Of a DNA stretch of 64,000 nucleotides, positions 49,951 through 63,685 are shown one piece after another. A program made the position numbers and the translations under genes. The number at the start of each line of letters is the position of its first letter. The stretch's first letter is position 1. Source of the stretch: Octopus bimaculoides (Eukaryota); contig NC_068982.1 of the NCBI RefSeq assembly GCF_001194135.2, positions 36,009,931-36,073,930 of the forward strand, in the 5' to 3' direction. The notes below the pieces were generated by a model, which was not told the origin of the DNA, did not search any database, and was given only the letters and a program-made list of their open reading frames with translations.

Positions 49951-51294
49951 CCAATGTCTGTTCTCCATGCTGTCAGGGGTTGGGTGGTTTGACAAGAGCT
50001 GGCAAGCCAGAGGGCTACGACAAGTTCTGTTGTCAGTTTTGGCTAGGATTTTATGGCTGGATGCCCTTCCTAATGCCAACCACTTTACAGAGTGTATTTG
50101 GTATTTCTTATCATGACACCCTTTCCCTTGAATAACATCAGTGGCATGGAGAAGGGAGGCTAGTATGCATGGGTGACTGCTACTCTTCCATAAACAACCT
50201 TGTCTAGAGTTGTGCCTCGGAGGGGAACTTTCAAGGAGTAATCTCATAGTCATTCATGACCAAAGAGGGTCTTTACCCTTTACCCTCTATGGCTAGATGC
50301 CCTTCCTAATGTCCACCACTTTAAATAGTTTGCTAGGTGCTTTTTATATGGCACCAGCACCCATACCAATGCATTTTATGTAGCACTTTGGTTTTAGGAT
50401 CTCAATTCTGTTGTGGTGGGCAGGTCTTCTCAAGTACAGTAATATGCCACATATCTCGTTGGTGGATACGTATCATGACATACCCTGAAGGCACTAACTT
50501 CATTTGTCTATAGCCTCTCATATGTGTTATTTTATTGATTTTGTATTGGACAGAGTCAGCTTATTGCACTCCCAAATACTTGTATTTGTTTCATTAGGTT
50601 CAACATTTGGCTGTTTGAAATGGCCATTCTATGTGGTTTTTGATGTTGCACCTTCAAGTCATCCATATAGCAAGGGTTACTGAGTGTGACCTTTCCCTTT
50701 TATAGAGATATCTTCTTCAAAGTTGTCTTTGGGCTGATCTTTGAACTGCTTCAAAAACCTGCTGAAAACCACTTTGAAGAAGAGTAACATCAACCCTTCA
50801 AAAAAGTAGGACACCAAGATTGATTGTTTAATTTGGCATTCTCTATGCTAGAGGGGATTGAAGATATGGGGGAGAAACTCACTCAACACCACCATGAGAG
50901 AAGAATAAAATGCAGGCTCCTAATCTCTCCAACCAAACTTTTTCATGAAGCTATACATAAACATTGGGAAGCATAGTCATCAAAGAATCCATAAACTAAA
51001 GGATAAAATGGTCATCATTGAACTTGATGACAACCATAAGCATTAAGATATTCTGCTTACATTTTCTAGAGTAATTCAATCAAAGATTTTAATATCATTC
51101 CCTTTGGAAAATTTCATTATTGATTTTTTTTGTTTTTGTTTTTTTGTAGTGATCTTCCCTCGTGTTTTTTGTGTTTCTTCCTAACATCTTCCATTTGTCC
51201 AAATTCCTCTGAATGAACTTTGTTAGCCTAGTTTTGTGATGGTGGAAAATATCATATTCTTTCTTACAATCAATTATAATTATCATTAGTATGA

Positions 51295-51351
51295 ACTACC
51301 ACTGCTGCTACTGCCACTGCCGCCGCCACCACCACCACCACCACCACTACG

Positions 51352-51393
<42 letters not shown>

Positions 51394-51643
51394 GCTGCTA
51401 TAATTTTGAAAAAGTTTTGTCATTTGACCTTTGAAATGTGCTGCAAATACAAGATATTTCTCACATTGATTTTATTTATATACGTACGTATGTACGTACA
51501 TACATACATACATACATATATATATATATATAAATTTATATATACATATACATACATATATATATACATATATATATATATATTTATACATGCATACATA
51601 CATACATGCATACACACATACATAACATACATACATACATACA

Positions 51644-51707
<64 letters not shown>

Positions 51708-51730
51708 CATGTATGTATATGTATACTCAC
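51295..51730. repeat. (CAC)/(TAC) run followed by a (TACA)/(TA)/(GT) compound microsatellite
   Basis: Direct reading. Confidence 0.9.
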
Positions 51731-52107
51731 ATAAATGAAATGCCATTATTATAACAGTAATTTCCTTTAACATTTAACTTTTTCCTACATGTGCATGGCT
51801 ATATTGATTACAACTGATAATCTGGAAATTATATGGATTTTTGGTGATGTGATGTGAACTCGATCCTATCTACAACAGGAAGAAAAGCTTTATAGCTGGG
51901 TCTACTTCTGAAGTATGACAATTGAAAGTTTGTTAATTTCTTTAGCATTGAAATTCCGAATTGAAAAACAACAATGTCTGAGTTCAGTCTTGTATATCAA
52001 AACAAAGTTACTTTGTTCTCCTCTGGCATGAATGTCCATTTAGGAAAATTATCACACTTGTTGCATTTGTATAAAATGATAGACAAAAAAGAATTGAATT
52101 AAAAAAA

Positions 52108-52525
52108 TCTGCATGGCTGTGTGGTTAAGAAGCTTGCTTTACAATCATGTGGTTTCAGGTTCACTCTGTGACACCTTGGACAATTGTCTTCTACTCTAGC
52201 CTCAGGCTGACCAATGCCTTGTAACTTTGGTAGATGGAGGCTGTGTGGAAGCCTGTCATATACATACATGCATATGTATGTACATATGTATGTACATGTG
52301 TATGTATGTATGTATTTATGTATGTACGCCTTTGTGTTTGGCCCCAATACCACTTGGCAACTGGTGTTGGTTTGTTTACATCCATGTAACTTAGTGGTTC
52401 AGAAAAAGAGGTCAATAGAATAAATAACAGGCTCAAAGATAAGTACTGGAGTTGATTTGATTAACAAAATCCCCCAAAGTGGTGCCCCAGCATAGCCACA
52501 GTCCAATGACTGAAACAAGTAAACA
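52108..52525 (+). mobile_element. Abundant SINE, full length
   Basis: Same organisation, internal (TACA)n. Confidence 0.8.
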
Positions 52526-53222
52526 TCTTATCTACTTCATATTTGTACCACTGTCTACATTAAATGCAAAGTTTAATACTCAAGAGTAGTTATAGGACCA
52601 GTGGCTGATAGTTCATGTCCTATCACCAGCCAATCAGTTCTTGATATGTATACAAAAACTGCATAAATTAAATAGGATTTTTGCTTTATATATCTTTTAT
52701 CTTTTCTTTTCTGTACTAGCAGGATTTTTACTTTATATATCTTTTATTTTCCCTTTTCTATACTAGCAGGAGAGCAGGGTATGCATATTAATACATTTGC
52801 ATATTAACAATATGGATAATGGAAAATATCACAGGAGAGAGTTCTACATACTAAATACAAATGTGGTATATCCTCACATATATAATATGGTAAACTGAAA
52901 AACTTTGATTAACTGAGATTATCCAAGTTATCAGAAGACAAAACTCTTTCTATTACATATGTGAAAATCTACTGTATTTGCATATTGCAGAAACCGTTTC
53001 TTTTACAGATGTATTCCCAGGGCAACATAATAATAAGTGTTGCAGTGAAGTTGTTTTGCAGTTTCATATCAAAGTTATTTTGATGCATTTAGTCTTTCAA
53101 CTCTTTTTTTTTTTTTATGACTTTGTCTAGAAATGAAGGCATGCACATTATCTTTCAAGCTCTTTGAAACTTTTTGAGACCAAACTGTTTTGTGGTCAGT
53201 TTGAACATTTCTAAATCAATAG

Positions 53223-53338
53223 CTGCCAGAAAAACAAAGACTAGTAGGAAATTCTAAACAGCCAACATTCCGAGTGAGGCAGAATAGGGATGTTGCAAAG
53301 AGGAGAAATGAATATGCTGGTTTGGGCTGGTGGAGGTG
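53223..53338 (+). CDS. Candidate exon of an unidentified plus-strand gene (LPEKQRLVG..RRNEYAGLGWWR)
   Basis: tag| acceptor (weak pyrimidine tract), TG|GTATGC donor, open frame, phase-compatible with 56860-56948. No homologue recognised. Confidence 0.3.
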
Positions 53339-56300
53339 GTATGCAATTAGCTAGTTCAGAAGAACAAATAAGAAAGTGCATAAAAAAACCTTGAATGCCA
53401 AATACAGTGTGATGTTTGAATGATTAAGATTCATTGAGAAAAACAAGATTTATTAGATTAATGAACTGATGCAATAAATTGTGTTTGAAAAGTGAAGAAA
53501 CATGATCTGTGTGCATAGTAGATAATTTGTAGATAAATTAAGTATTATAGATATTTATTTTTAGTGTACTATTTAGGGAGGAATTAAAAGTAGAAGCATG
53601 CAGAGAGGAAGGGAGAGAGATACAATCACACATGATGAATATGTAAGAAAGAAGGCAAGTAGAGACAGTGAGTGACATAATCTGCAAGATAAAATATTTG
53701 ATACTATTGTGAATACAAGCTTTTTTTGTTTTAGCTTTTGTTTTGTTCTTTACTTCATTTCAGATAATCAAACATGAACAAATAATGATACCTGTTTTCT
53801 AATTGATTGTCTTAGCTACACAGAACAGTGTCTTGCATGAGAACTTAATGTAAAAAAATTTATAAACTCATTAATTTTATTGTTATTTTTAATAAAAAAA
53901 TATATATACTTATGTTTTGAGTTCTGTTTCATTGTATCACCAAACCTATTTCTTTTGTTCAATATTCCAATATCTTTTTCATTTAGCCATTATATTTTCT
54001 TCATTAAATTTGATTTTTAAAGCAGTATTTAAAAGTTGCTTGGAATAAAATTAAGCAGGAATATTCAGCGTATAAGGAATATTAGATAATTTAAAACGTT
54101 TTTGTCCTTTCATTGTCAGCACAGTAAGTATATAAATGTTTTATTTAATTTTATACGTTACAATAGATTAATTTTATACAAACAATAGATTAAGGATGAT
54201 TTTTTTTTTTTACATTGGCACATGCTTATTGGGCTTGGGGGTGTTTAGTGAATTTAGTCAACTACAATACAAGGCTGAAATCATTTTATTTACTCTAAAG
54301 GAGATGAAAGGTAATGTTGACTCTAGCAAAATGAGACTATATAGTACATATATAAACTGTCACTAACATTTCTACCATTCCCTCACATTTTATGCATTTG
54401 ATAATCCTTGATACTGTGGAATGTATCAAAGTAAACAATTTGTTAAAAACTCTGATGAAGCAACAGTGGTAAAAAATAATGAAAGAAAGCAAATTTTGGT
54501 TACTTTTAGTTAGAATCCTGCATGAGAATAAGAAGTACCAATAAATATAACCTTACTGTTTTTTGAATTAAACTAATGTTGGAATGTAGACTTCTTTGCC
54601 TAGTAGATTCAAACATTCCCCAAATTATTTTGAGGGTAGTAGATTAGTGTAATGTGAAGTAGCCTTGTATCTCTATAACAAAATACCTAGTCTTGTCCCT
54701 CTATCATACTTTAACCTCTGAACACCTGGCATAAAGTCATCTCATTCTCTATTACATGCCTACTTAGTCAAGGGGGCTTGACTGGTGAGTTTCTTGGTGA
54801 CCTTACTAGTGCCAGTGTCATGAAAAAAAAGCACCCAGTACATGTTGTTAAGTGGTTGGCATTAGGAAGGGCATCTAACCTTAAAAACCAAAGCAGACAT
54901 TGGATCTGAGGTAGTCCTCTGGCTTATCAGATCCTGTCAAACTGTCCAATTCACACCAGTATGGAAGACCTATGTTAAATGATGATGTTGACGATGATGG
55001 TGGTGGCAGTGGCAGCGTTAGTGGTGATGATGGTAATGACGATGACAACAACGGTATCTTTCCAAATTACAATTGTTATCCAAATGCCAACATTTATAAC
55101 TACAGCCAAGAATCAAAGTTGAGTTGTATAATTGACTTGCAAGGAGCTTATTCCATACAAAGGTAATATTAAATTATTCAGTTTAATTCGTTACAATTTT
55201 TACAATAATTCAACCTTAAATTCTTCTTAAGATGCTTTGATATTTTTCATTTCTATATTGCAATGATGCAGCTTTTCTTTTTTATCTAGCTGCAAAAGTA
55301 AATATTTTCAAACTTTTTATCTGTTGATATAACTTTTTATTCCTGTTATTTCAAATTTTATTGAATAATTTACACTTTTAAAGGCCCAAATTGCATTCAT
55401 GATTTCTTTTGTCCTTAATTTTTATGAATGCATCATAGATATTACTGGACTGAAAATTACTTACAGCAATTATTCTTATTTGGCAAGTCACTGTGCAATG
55501 GTGCAATGAAAGGAGTGTCTATGTACACCTTGGATTTTAAAAATTAAAATTCAAGGCTTCAGAAAATCCATGCTAATACTTGGGAGAGGAATTGTAAGGA
55601 AAATGTGTTTTTCATAATTTTATAGTGGACAAATATGATTAATAAAACAAAGTAAGCAAAAAAAACAAAAAAAAAATGACCATCCCGAAATACAAAAGTA
55701 AGCAATAGCTTTCCATACATTTTTTCTAAATTTTAAACTTTAAAACAATCTTTTTAACTTTAATTTTAAACTTTCCATATAAAGTGTGCTAAAATGTTTT
55801 AAAAAACTTTTATTTGATTGCTCTTACACCACAAAAATCATTCACTTACTGAATGCGTTGTGAAAAAGATTTATAGATGGTCAGGGTGTCCCATATCGGG
55901 GTCACCATTATAAATAGTGGTCCATGGTGTGTGTTGTGTGACCATCTAATATCAACTCATATCAGAAGGCTGAAATAATAAATATAATGTGCCAGTTGGA
56001 AAAGAGAGAAGAGACACAACCGAGTAGAAAGCTTATGAAAGATTTGATATATTTACATACATCTGTGTGGGTTGTATGTTTGCTGTTAACCATAATGAGG
56101 TAGCTCATGAACAGCACTATGCTAGAACCTGTGCAGCATGGCTGGTGCTGTATACGTAGAGATGTTGTTGACAACGTTGGTGAGAGACATGATGGTAGCG
56201 ACGAAGATGGAGGTTGCTGTGATGCTGTTGGACGGGTGTTGTCTAGCGTCGTTGCTGGAACTGTCTGTATTGTTTGGTCAGTGGTTAGAAATTAGAAGGT

Positions 56301-56589
56301 CTGGAACCAAAGACCTTGAGACAAGGAGAAGTTGAGTATTTATAGCTAATGGTATGCTCAAAATTGGAGTTAAGGACAGACTGTCTCACATGGTTTATTT
56401 GGAGGCTGCGATTGGTTAGGTTGCATATTGACACAATAGAATAAGAGACAAATTCTAACCAGAGTGGTGGACACAATGGGGTCCAAATAGTGGCCAAAGG
56501 TTAGCTGTTACCTGCTTTGTTTGAATGTATGCATATATAATAAAGGAGAGAAGAATTTCACTAGAGTGTGCGCTACAGATTTTTCACTA

Positions 56590-56809
56590 TTAACTTTTTG
56601 GCATTCAGATTATTCTGTCAAATGCAATGCTATTTATTTATGTTATTTTGTATTAATTGTGCATTATTATGAATCTTCAAGATTTCAATAATATGATTGT
56701 TTATTTTTAGAATAACATTGTTGGATAAGTGTAAGATCTGGCCAGTTTAAACATGAAACTAGTTGAATATTTGGGCTGGATATGGTCAGATTAAATGCTA
56801 AAGTGTTAA
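56590..56809 (+). mobile_element. piggyBac-like MITE
   Basis: TTAA at both ends, same family body. Confidence 0.72.
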
Positions 56810-56859
56810 AGTTGTTTTCTGAATATTTTAAAAACTATTACTATAAGTTTCTTCATCAG

Positions 56860-56948
56860 GACAGGTCTGAGATCTTTTGCTTTCTTAGTGCTTCAGAATT
56901 TTGCTATTGCTGCTGCTACTCTTTCTGCAGCTGTTGTCTCCTTTGATA
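56860..56948 (+). CDS. Candidate exon of an unidentified plus-strand gene (TGLRSFAFLVLQNFAIAAATLSAAVVSFD)
   Basis: tttcttcatcag| acceptor, A|GTATGT donor, only one open frame. Confidence 0.35.
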
Positions 56949-58421
56949 GTATGTTCATTATCTATATATCACAAACTAGCTTTTATCTGTTTGTTAGATA
57001 TTTATTTTAAGAAATATAATCTTAATACATCTGAATACTAAGCACATTTGATAGTTCTAAATTTTGCCCTACCAAATCTGTGGCTTTGTCTAATGGCTTA
57101 AGTTAAGTCTTCAAGATTTGAACTCTGCACCACAAGGGAATAAAACATTCATCAATTATATCACATAGCTACATATGTTATATATTGGAAGTAAAGATTT
57201 TTTGCCACTTAATACAAATATTGTCAACTTTATGTGGGTGTATTATTAGACTGATTTATCCCCTAATAATAACAAAAGAAATGAAAAGAAACTATCAAAG
57301 TAATCCATAAATTTTCTATAATTCTTCTTTGACTGTTTTACATCTGGTTAGAATTGTTTATACCTACTATGGTTACATAATATCTAATAAAGTAGTTTTA
57401 TCTTATTTTTAGGAATCTAATCTTCTGTCACAGACGATGTTTTACTGCTTTCTAGAATAACACTTGAATTATAAATAATTTATATAAATTCGGGATATCA
57501 TTGAGGTTAAGCTATTTTTAGATCTTGGTCTAATGTTTTTTAAAATTTTATTTATCAAATACAGTTCTTTGACTAACACTTTGTGTTTACGAAAGTTTCA
57601 AATAATCTACATACTAAACAGAGCTTCTATGAATTGTGTGATATTTAGAGTCAACTTTCAAAACCGACATGCAATTTAACAGAACTTTAGGTACACATGT
57701 ACTGTTTGCAATTTACACAGATCAGTAGATAAATACTTTTCAAAAAAGTGTCTGCTTATAATATTTATTTGTGAACAATGTACATGCTTCTTTTTCCAGA
57801 TTTTGTAACTTAAATATCTCAAATGTGTATTATTTGTACACAAAAACTAAATATTACTCATTTTTCTCACCCTCAAATGCATGGCCATATTTGGTAGAGC
57901 ATGACTGAAAGTAAGTTTTTATTCATGCTAACTCAGGCATAATAAATTGTTTAACTTACTATAATTTTCTATGATAGTGATTTAGTACTATAAATAGTTA
58001 CTATGTACTGTGTCAGTCAACACAATTTACGTCCCTCAAAATCATACGTTAATATTCAAAATGCTTTCTTTTCCTTTTCTTTTTTTTGGGGGTAGTAAAC
58101 TGGCAGAATTGTTAGCATGCCAGGCAAAATGCTTAGCAGCATTTCATCTGTCTTTACATTCTGAATTCAAATTGTGTTGAGGTTGGCTTTGCACTTTAGG
58201 GTCAATACCATTGGACACTGGGGTCAATGAAATTGGCTCAACCTCTCCCCCTAAATTGCTGGACTTGTGTCAAAATTTGAAACCAATATTTAAAATGTTT
58301 TTTCAATTTTTGAAAATTTTAATTGTTGTGTTTCAATTTATTTAAATTTCTGATTAAAAATTTTTTTACTTTAAATTTAAAAAAATAAACTTTTGCTAAC
58401 CTTGTTTGCGATGTTCAATAT

Positions 58422-59223
58422 NNNNNNNNNNNNNNNNNNNNNNNNNNNNNNNNNNNNNNNNNNNNNNNNNNNNNNNNNNNNNNNNNNNNNNNNNNNNNNN
58501 NNNNNNNNNNNNNNNNNNNNNNNNNNNNNNNNNNNNNNNNNNNNNNNNNNNNNNNNNNNNNNNNNNNNNNNNNNNNNNNNNNNNNNNNNNNNNNNNNNNN
58601 NNNNNNNNNNNNNNNNNNNNNNNNNNNNNNNNNNNNNNNNNNNNNNNNNNNNNNNNNNNNNNNNNNNNNNNNNNNNNNNNNNNNNNNNNNNNNNNNNNNN
58701 NNNNNNNNNNNNNNNNNNNNNNNNNNNNNNNNNNNNNNNNNNNNNNNNNNNNNNNNNNNNNNNNNNNNNNNNNNNNNNNNNNNNNNNNNNNNNNNNNNNN
58801 NNNNNNNNNNNNNNNNNNNNNNNNNNNNNNNNNNNNNNNNNNNNNNNNNNNNNNNNNNNNNNNNNNNNNNNNNNNNNNNNNNNNNNNNNNNNNNNNNNNN
58901 NNNNNNNNNNNNNNNNNNNNNNNNNNNNNNNNNNNNNNNNNNNNNNNNNNNNNNNNNNNNNNNNNNNNNNNNNNNNNNNNNNNNNNNNNNNNNNNNNNNN
59001 NNNNNNNNNNNNNNNNNNNNNNNNNNNNNNNNNNNNNNNNNNNNNNNNNNNNNNNNNNNNNNNNNNNNNNNNNNNNNNNNNNNNNNNNNNNNNNNNNNNN
59101 NNNNNNNNNNNNNNNNNNNNNNNNNNNNNNNNNNNNNNNNNNNNNNNNNNNNNNNNNNNNNNNNNNNNNNNNNNNNNNNNNNNNNNNNNNNNNNNNNNNN
59201 NNNNNNNNNNNNNNNNNNNNNNN
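58422..59223. other. Assembly gap (N run)
   Basis: N bases preceding (GTAT)n. Confidence 1.
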
Positions 59224-59228
59224 GTATG

Positions 59229-59261
<33 letters not shown>

Positions 59262-59795
59262 TTGTATGTATGTATGTATGTATGTATGTATGTATGTATG
59301 TATGTATGCATGTGTGTGTATGTTTGTGTGTCTGTGTTTGTCCCCTCAATATTGCTTGACAACTGATGCTGGTGTGTTTACGTACCCGTAAATTAGCGGT
59401 TCAGCAAAAGAGACCAATAGAATCAGTACTAGGCTTACAAAGAATAAGTCTTGGGGTTGATTTGCTCGACTAAAGGCGGTGCTCCAGCATAGCCACAGTC
59501 AAATGACTGAAACAAGTAAAAGAGTAAAAGAGTAATACTTAATGCAGCAATAATAATAAATTTTACCAAACATTTCTTTTCCAATGCTTGTAAAATTATA
59601 CACAAAAGATATTTTTTCCAGGACTTGTTTTGCCAATAATTAGGGATGCATATTATATTTGAGTACTTATGCATGAAACATGAATATATTCAGTATTCCT
59701 GAGACAAGCAATCTAAAATAATTAACCCAAATTGATATTTTGAAAATTTAATTATTCATATAAATACAAGAAAATTATTATATAAAACTTCTCAG

Positions 59796-60395
59796 AAAGG
59801 CTACAGAAAAGATTTAATAAAGTTTACTGACAAAGAACACTACCTACAATACCTAAAGAAATCACCCATTAACAGCCAGCAACTGAGAGGAGTTCAGCAT
59901 CTATCAAACTACTGGGATGCGTGTGCAAACAAAGCAAAAAATCAATATGCAAAATAAAAAGGCAAGCAATATAAACATGGAAGAAAAAAAAACAATCAAA
60001 TTGTTCATATGTACATAGTTTATTGCTGGGAAACTGGTACGGGAATGGGAAATTTTAAAGACATATGAAAAGTTTATGGAGATTCTATGGAGTCTGGATA
60101 AACATGCATGCCTGTTGCTAAGGGGATGCACTGGATGACACTGCCTCCTTGCTATTCAATGGTGCACCCTCAGATTTAGAAAATACAGTTTACAAAAATC
60201 TTTCTGCAATTCAAATTAGTGCCCACCCAAAATATTCTGAAGCTTCTCCAGACACCAAAGTCTGGCGACAGGTCTGTAAACATGTGTCTAGAATCAAAAC
60301 AAAAAAAGGCTGATACTATGTCTCTTGACATGAGATGTAGGTCACGCATCTACTTTCAAATAATTGTCCAAATAGGACTCTCATATTTTTGGTAG
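59796..60395 (+). pseudogene. Decayed protein-like reading frame of unknown origin
   Basis: About 195 aa can be joined by three +1 shifts in or next to homopolymer runs and one TAG. No family recognised. Confidence 0.35.
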
Positions 60396-62668
60396 TTTTT
60401 ATCTTTATGAGTGAAATTGTAGACTTGCAGTGTTCTCAAAGTTAGAGCACCAGACTGTACATGAGCTGGTCAATTGTAACTAGTTGAAACATTTTATATA
60501 TTGTGCACTGCATATTTTTTCTGAATTGAGTCACCAGTGTAAGGTGGAAACAGGACAGCTGATGAGACACAACAAAACTAAAATATTAGTGTCTAAGATT
60601 TCTCTTATGTCAATGAATTGAATGTGCTGTGGATGAAATACAACAGCAATTAGTATATTCACATTTGGGTCTACCAGAATGTATTAAGAATGAATAGGTA
60701 TGTTACAGTTTAAATTCTCACTGTTCTGCATAAGAGATGATATACAATTGGTTTGGTAGACATCAGCATGCATCAGCAGATAATTTGTTTGCTGATTTCT
60801 ACAAACAACAGTCACAATTCTTGTTTAAATTCAATCTAAATTTTAATGATTAATAGTAGTCTCTTGATCTTAGAAAACAGTTTTGCAATTTCTTTCTGAA
60901 CAACCAGCATATATAATATGTTTATAATGATCAAGTGTTTGTGCTTCACATAAGCTCACTCCCTCCATCAAATCAACAATGCTTGTACAAGTACATGGTG
61001 TGCCATATGTCAGATAGCGAAGTGATTGTAGAACAACATAAGATAAAGGGATTTTAAAAGATAAAGTATTTTGTCTTTATATTTGTTACTAACTGGATCA
61101 AATTGTTACTGTCAAACAAAAAATATTTAGAAATTTTTTACTTTTGTTGTTTTTTTTTTTTTGCTAAACACTTTAAAAAATTAAAAGAAAAGAAAAAAAG
61201 GTGGGATTATGAAACAGAAGACTGAAGGGAGGGATGATGGGCCATTTAGCCCAGAACAAGTGGAGTGCTCAACTGTGCTCCACGATAATGACTGCAATGG
61301 CATTGCTGCAGAGAATGGAGCCACTCCACCTTGCAGGACTCATTTCTCTGACAGGTCACCATTATCTCATTTGAATTCAGAAGATTTTCTTTCTAAAGAA
61401 ATGTTTTCCTCTATCTCTCCACTCTGTCTATCTGCCTGCTTGTCTATCTCTTTCTCCTCATGTATCTCATCTACTGCAAGACATCTATGTCTGTCCCTTT
61501 ATCATACTCTAACTTCTCATCACCAGACACAAAGCTACCTTCCTCAATACTACTCCTCATCTCATTTGAGGGTTCTTGTTTTGTAAGTTACTAGGTGACT
61601 TTGCTGGTGTTGGTGCCATGTAAAAAACACTCAGTACACTCTGTTAAGATGCCAGTGTTAAGAAGGGCATCTAGTCATAGAAACCATGCTAAAGTAAACA
61701 ATAGAGCGTGGTATAGTCCTCTGGCTCACCAGCTCCTGAGAAACTGTTTAACCCATGCCAGCATGGAACAAATATTAAATGATGATGATGCTGATGATTC
61801 TACCAGTGTCTTTTAAGATATAATGTAAATGTTTATGTTTAGTTCTGGTTTTGTCGTGTCAAGTGGGTTAAATATCAATCTTTCTGGTTGTGATGCCAAC
61901 ATGTTGCAGGCAACATTTCTACATAATTTGATTTCTATTTAGGAAAGCATCACGAGCTGAATCAAGAGAAATTAAAAGCATTCTGAATAAACACAATGAA
62001 ATCAAATATGGATTTGAACTTACAATCTATGACCTTATCCACTTATCCATTTTGCTTGGCAGGTGTATTGAGTGAAACACAGATTTGTAGTCAAGGAGAG
62101 CAGTAACCATTGTCATATCAGTGGAAGAAATATAGTATATGTTGGTGATTACAGACTGTTACATATTAATGAGTGGAGCTTTTACCAATTACCTAGATGG
62201 CATTCTTTTGGATGTAATCCAATGTGTTTGTGTGTTAGAAAAAAATCATTGTTGTCACAGTCAATTGTTATTGATATCATACATGAAAGCTCTGACCAAA
62301 CAATATTACAGCTATTTCCAGAAACTGGTAGAGATCAAAATATAAGTGTATGTTATAAAAACCCTTCAAAATATATCACTGTCAAACATGAAAGCTCACC
62401 AAAAAATGTAAAATGAAATCTGCTCATATCTTATACTTAGAGTGATTTTGTTTGCGGCAATGAGGTGAAGTGGTGGATTGAAATATATTGAATTAGCTAT
62501 TAAATACCATGACTTGTCTCCTCTTAAATTACTAATATGAATGTGTGTGTGTGTGTGTCTGTGTGCAATGATTTAGACTAAATATAAAGCTATAAGTAAA
62601 AATATGTTTAATTTTTCATGGAACTCTGTTAACTGTGTGTCAGTCATTTAAATATAATTTAGTAACAA

Positions 62669-62714
<46 letters not shown>

Positions 62715-63349
62715 CAGTATTTTAATTTAGAGAAAGAAATAAAGAATGTTACGCCAAATAATTTATTGGTCAAATAACTTATAAAACTTTGAAAACTCAT
62801 GCAATGCTTGGTTAAATGCTACAGGGGAATATTTTAACCATTCTTGGAACTAATTGACATTGATAATGAGGCATCAACAACAAATTTAAGATCTGTTACT
62901 TTAGTAAAAGTCTAGAAGTTGTTTGTTTATCATTGCATACTGGACTAAATGTTTAGTTTCCTCCCTTTATGAACCAAGCTTAGATCATCATCATCAGCAG
63001 CAGCAGATCATAGTTTAATATAAGTAACTGTGATGAAGTATGTTAAAACAAGATGCTATATTCTTGAAATAGAATGGTTGAATGAGTAAGGAGTATGGAC
63101 TACCTGCTCTTAGATGATAAGTTCCATTCTACATTTGATTTCATTTTGCTCATTTAGAATTCTCTTCTACCTCTTTTTCTCAACTGCAATGTCATCTTTA
63201 ATATGTTTACAAAATGAAATAAACAAAAAATTTCAGAATGTAATCATATTCTAAAATGTCACTAACAGTCTTCTATTCTTGGATGTGATATAGAAGCTAC
63301 ATTATATGTGATTAATATTAATATCTGCCAACATTATGAAGTAATTCTG

Positions 63350-63685
63350 AGCCCCCAGAAACAGCTGCTGTATTTTTGTATAGTCATTTTTAGGCACCAT
63401 TGCCCATTCGATTAAAGAGTTGTTGTTTGCAGCAGTATATCGGGGTATAGGTGGTTTATCTAGAATTTGTTGGAGATATTCGTCCAGGAACTTTTTGGAG
63501 GTTATGAAATCTTTTTCCTCCTTTATATGATTTGGAATGATGTTAAAAAGAGCAGGTCCAGTTGAGGAAAAGTAGTTCTGTCTTAGTGTTGTGATGTGTC
63601 AAGAGCACGATTTCTGTAGAGGATGCATGACACGGAGACCAAGCCTTGGGTGGATTTTAAAAGTGATACCGATATTATTTGGATA
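63350..63685 (-). mobile_element. CR1-group LINE 3' fragment
   Basis: HPRLG..GPALFNIIPNHIK..LDKPPIPRYTAANNNSLIEW; same type of C-terminus as the element at 14740-15270. Confidence 0.72.

Noticed and set aside
52675-52770. About 50-bp tandem duplication
   Set aside because: Ordinary local slippage duplication with no further structure.
55880-56510. GC-richer segment with TATAAATA motifs, possible solo LTR
   Set aside because: Could not identify TG...CA termini, a TSD or a second copy.
61209-61586. 125-aa plus-strand ORF
   Set aside because: The 3' half is degenerate (CT)-rich low-complexity sequence running into a repeat; no splice signals or homology recognised.
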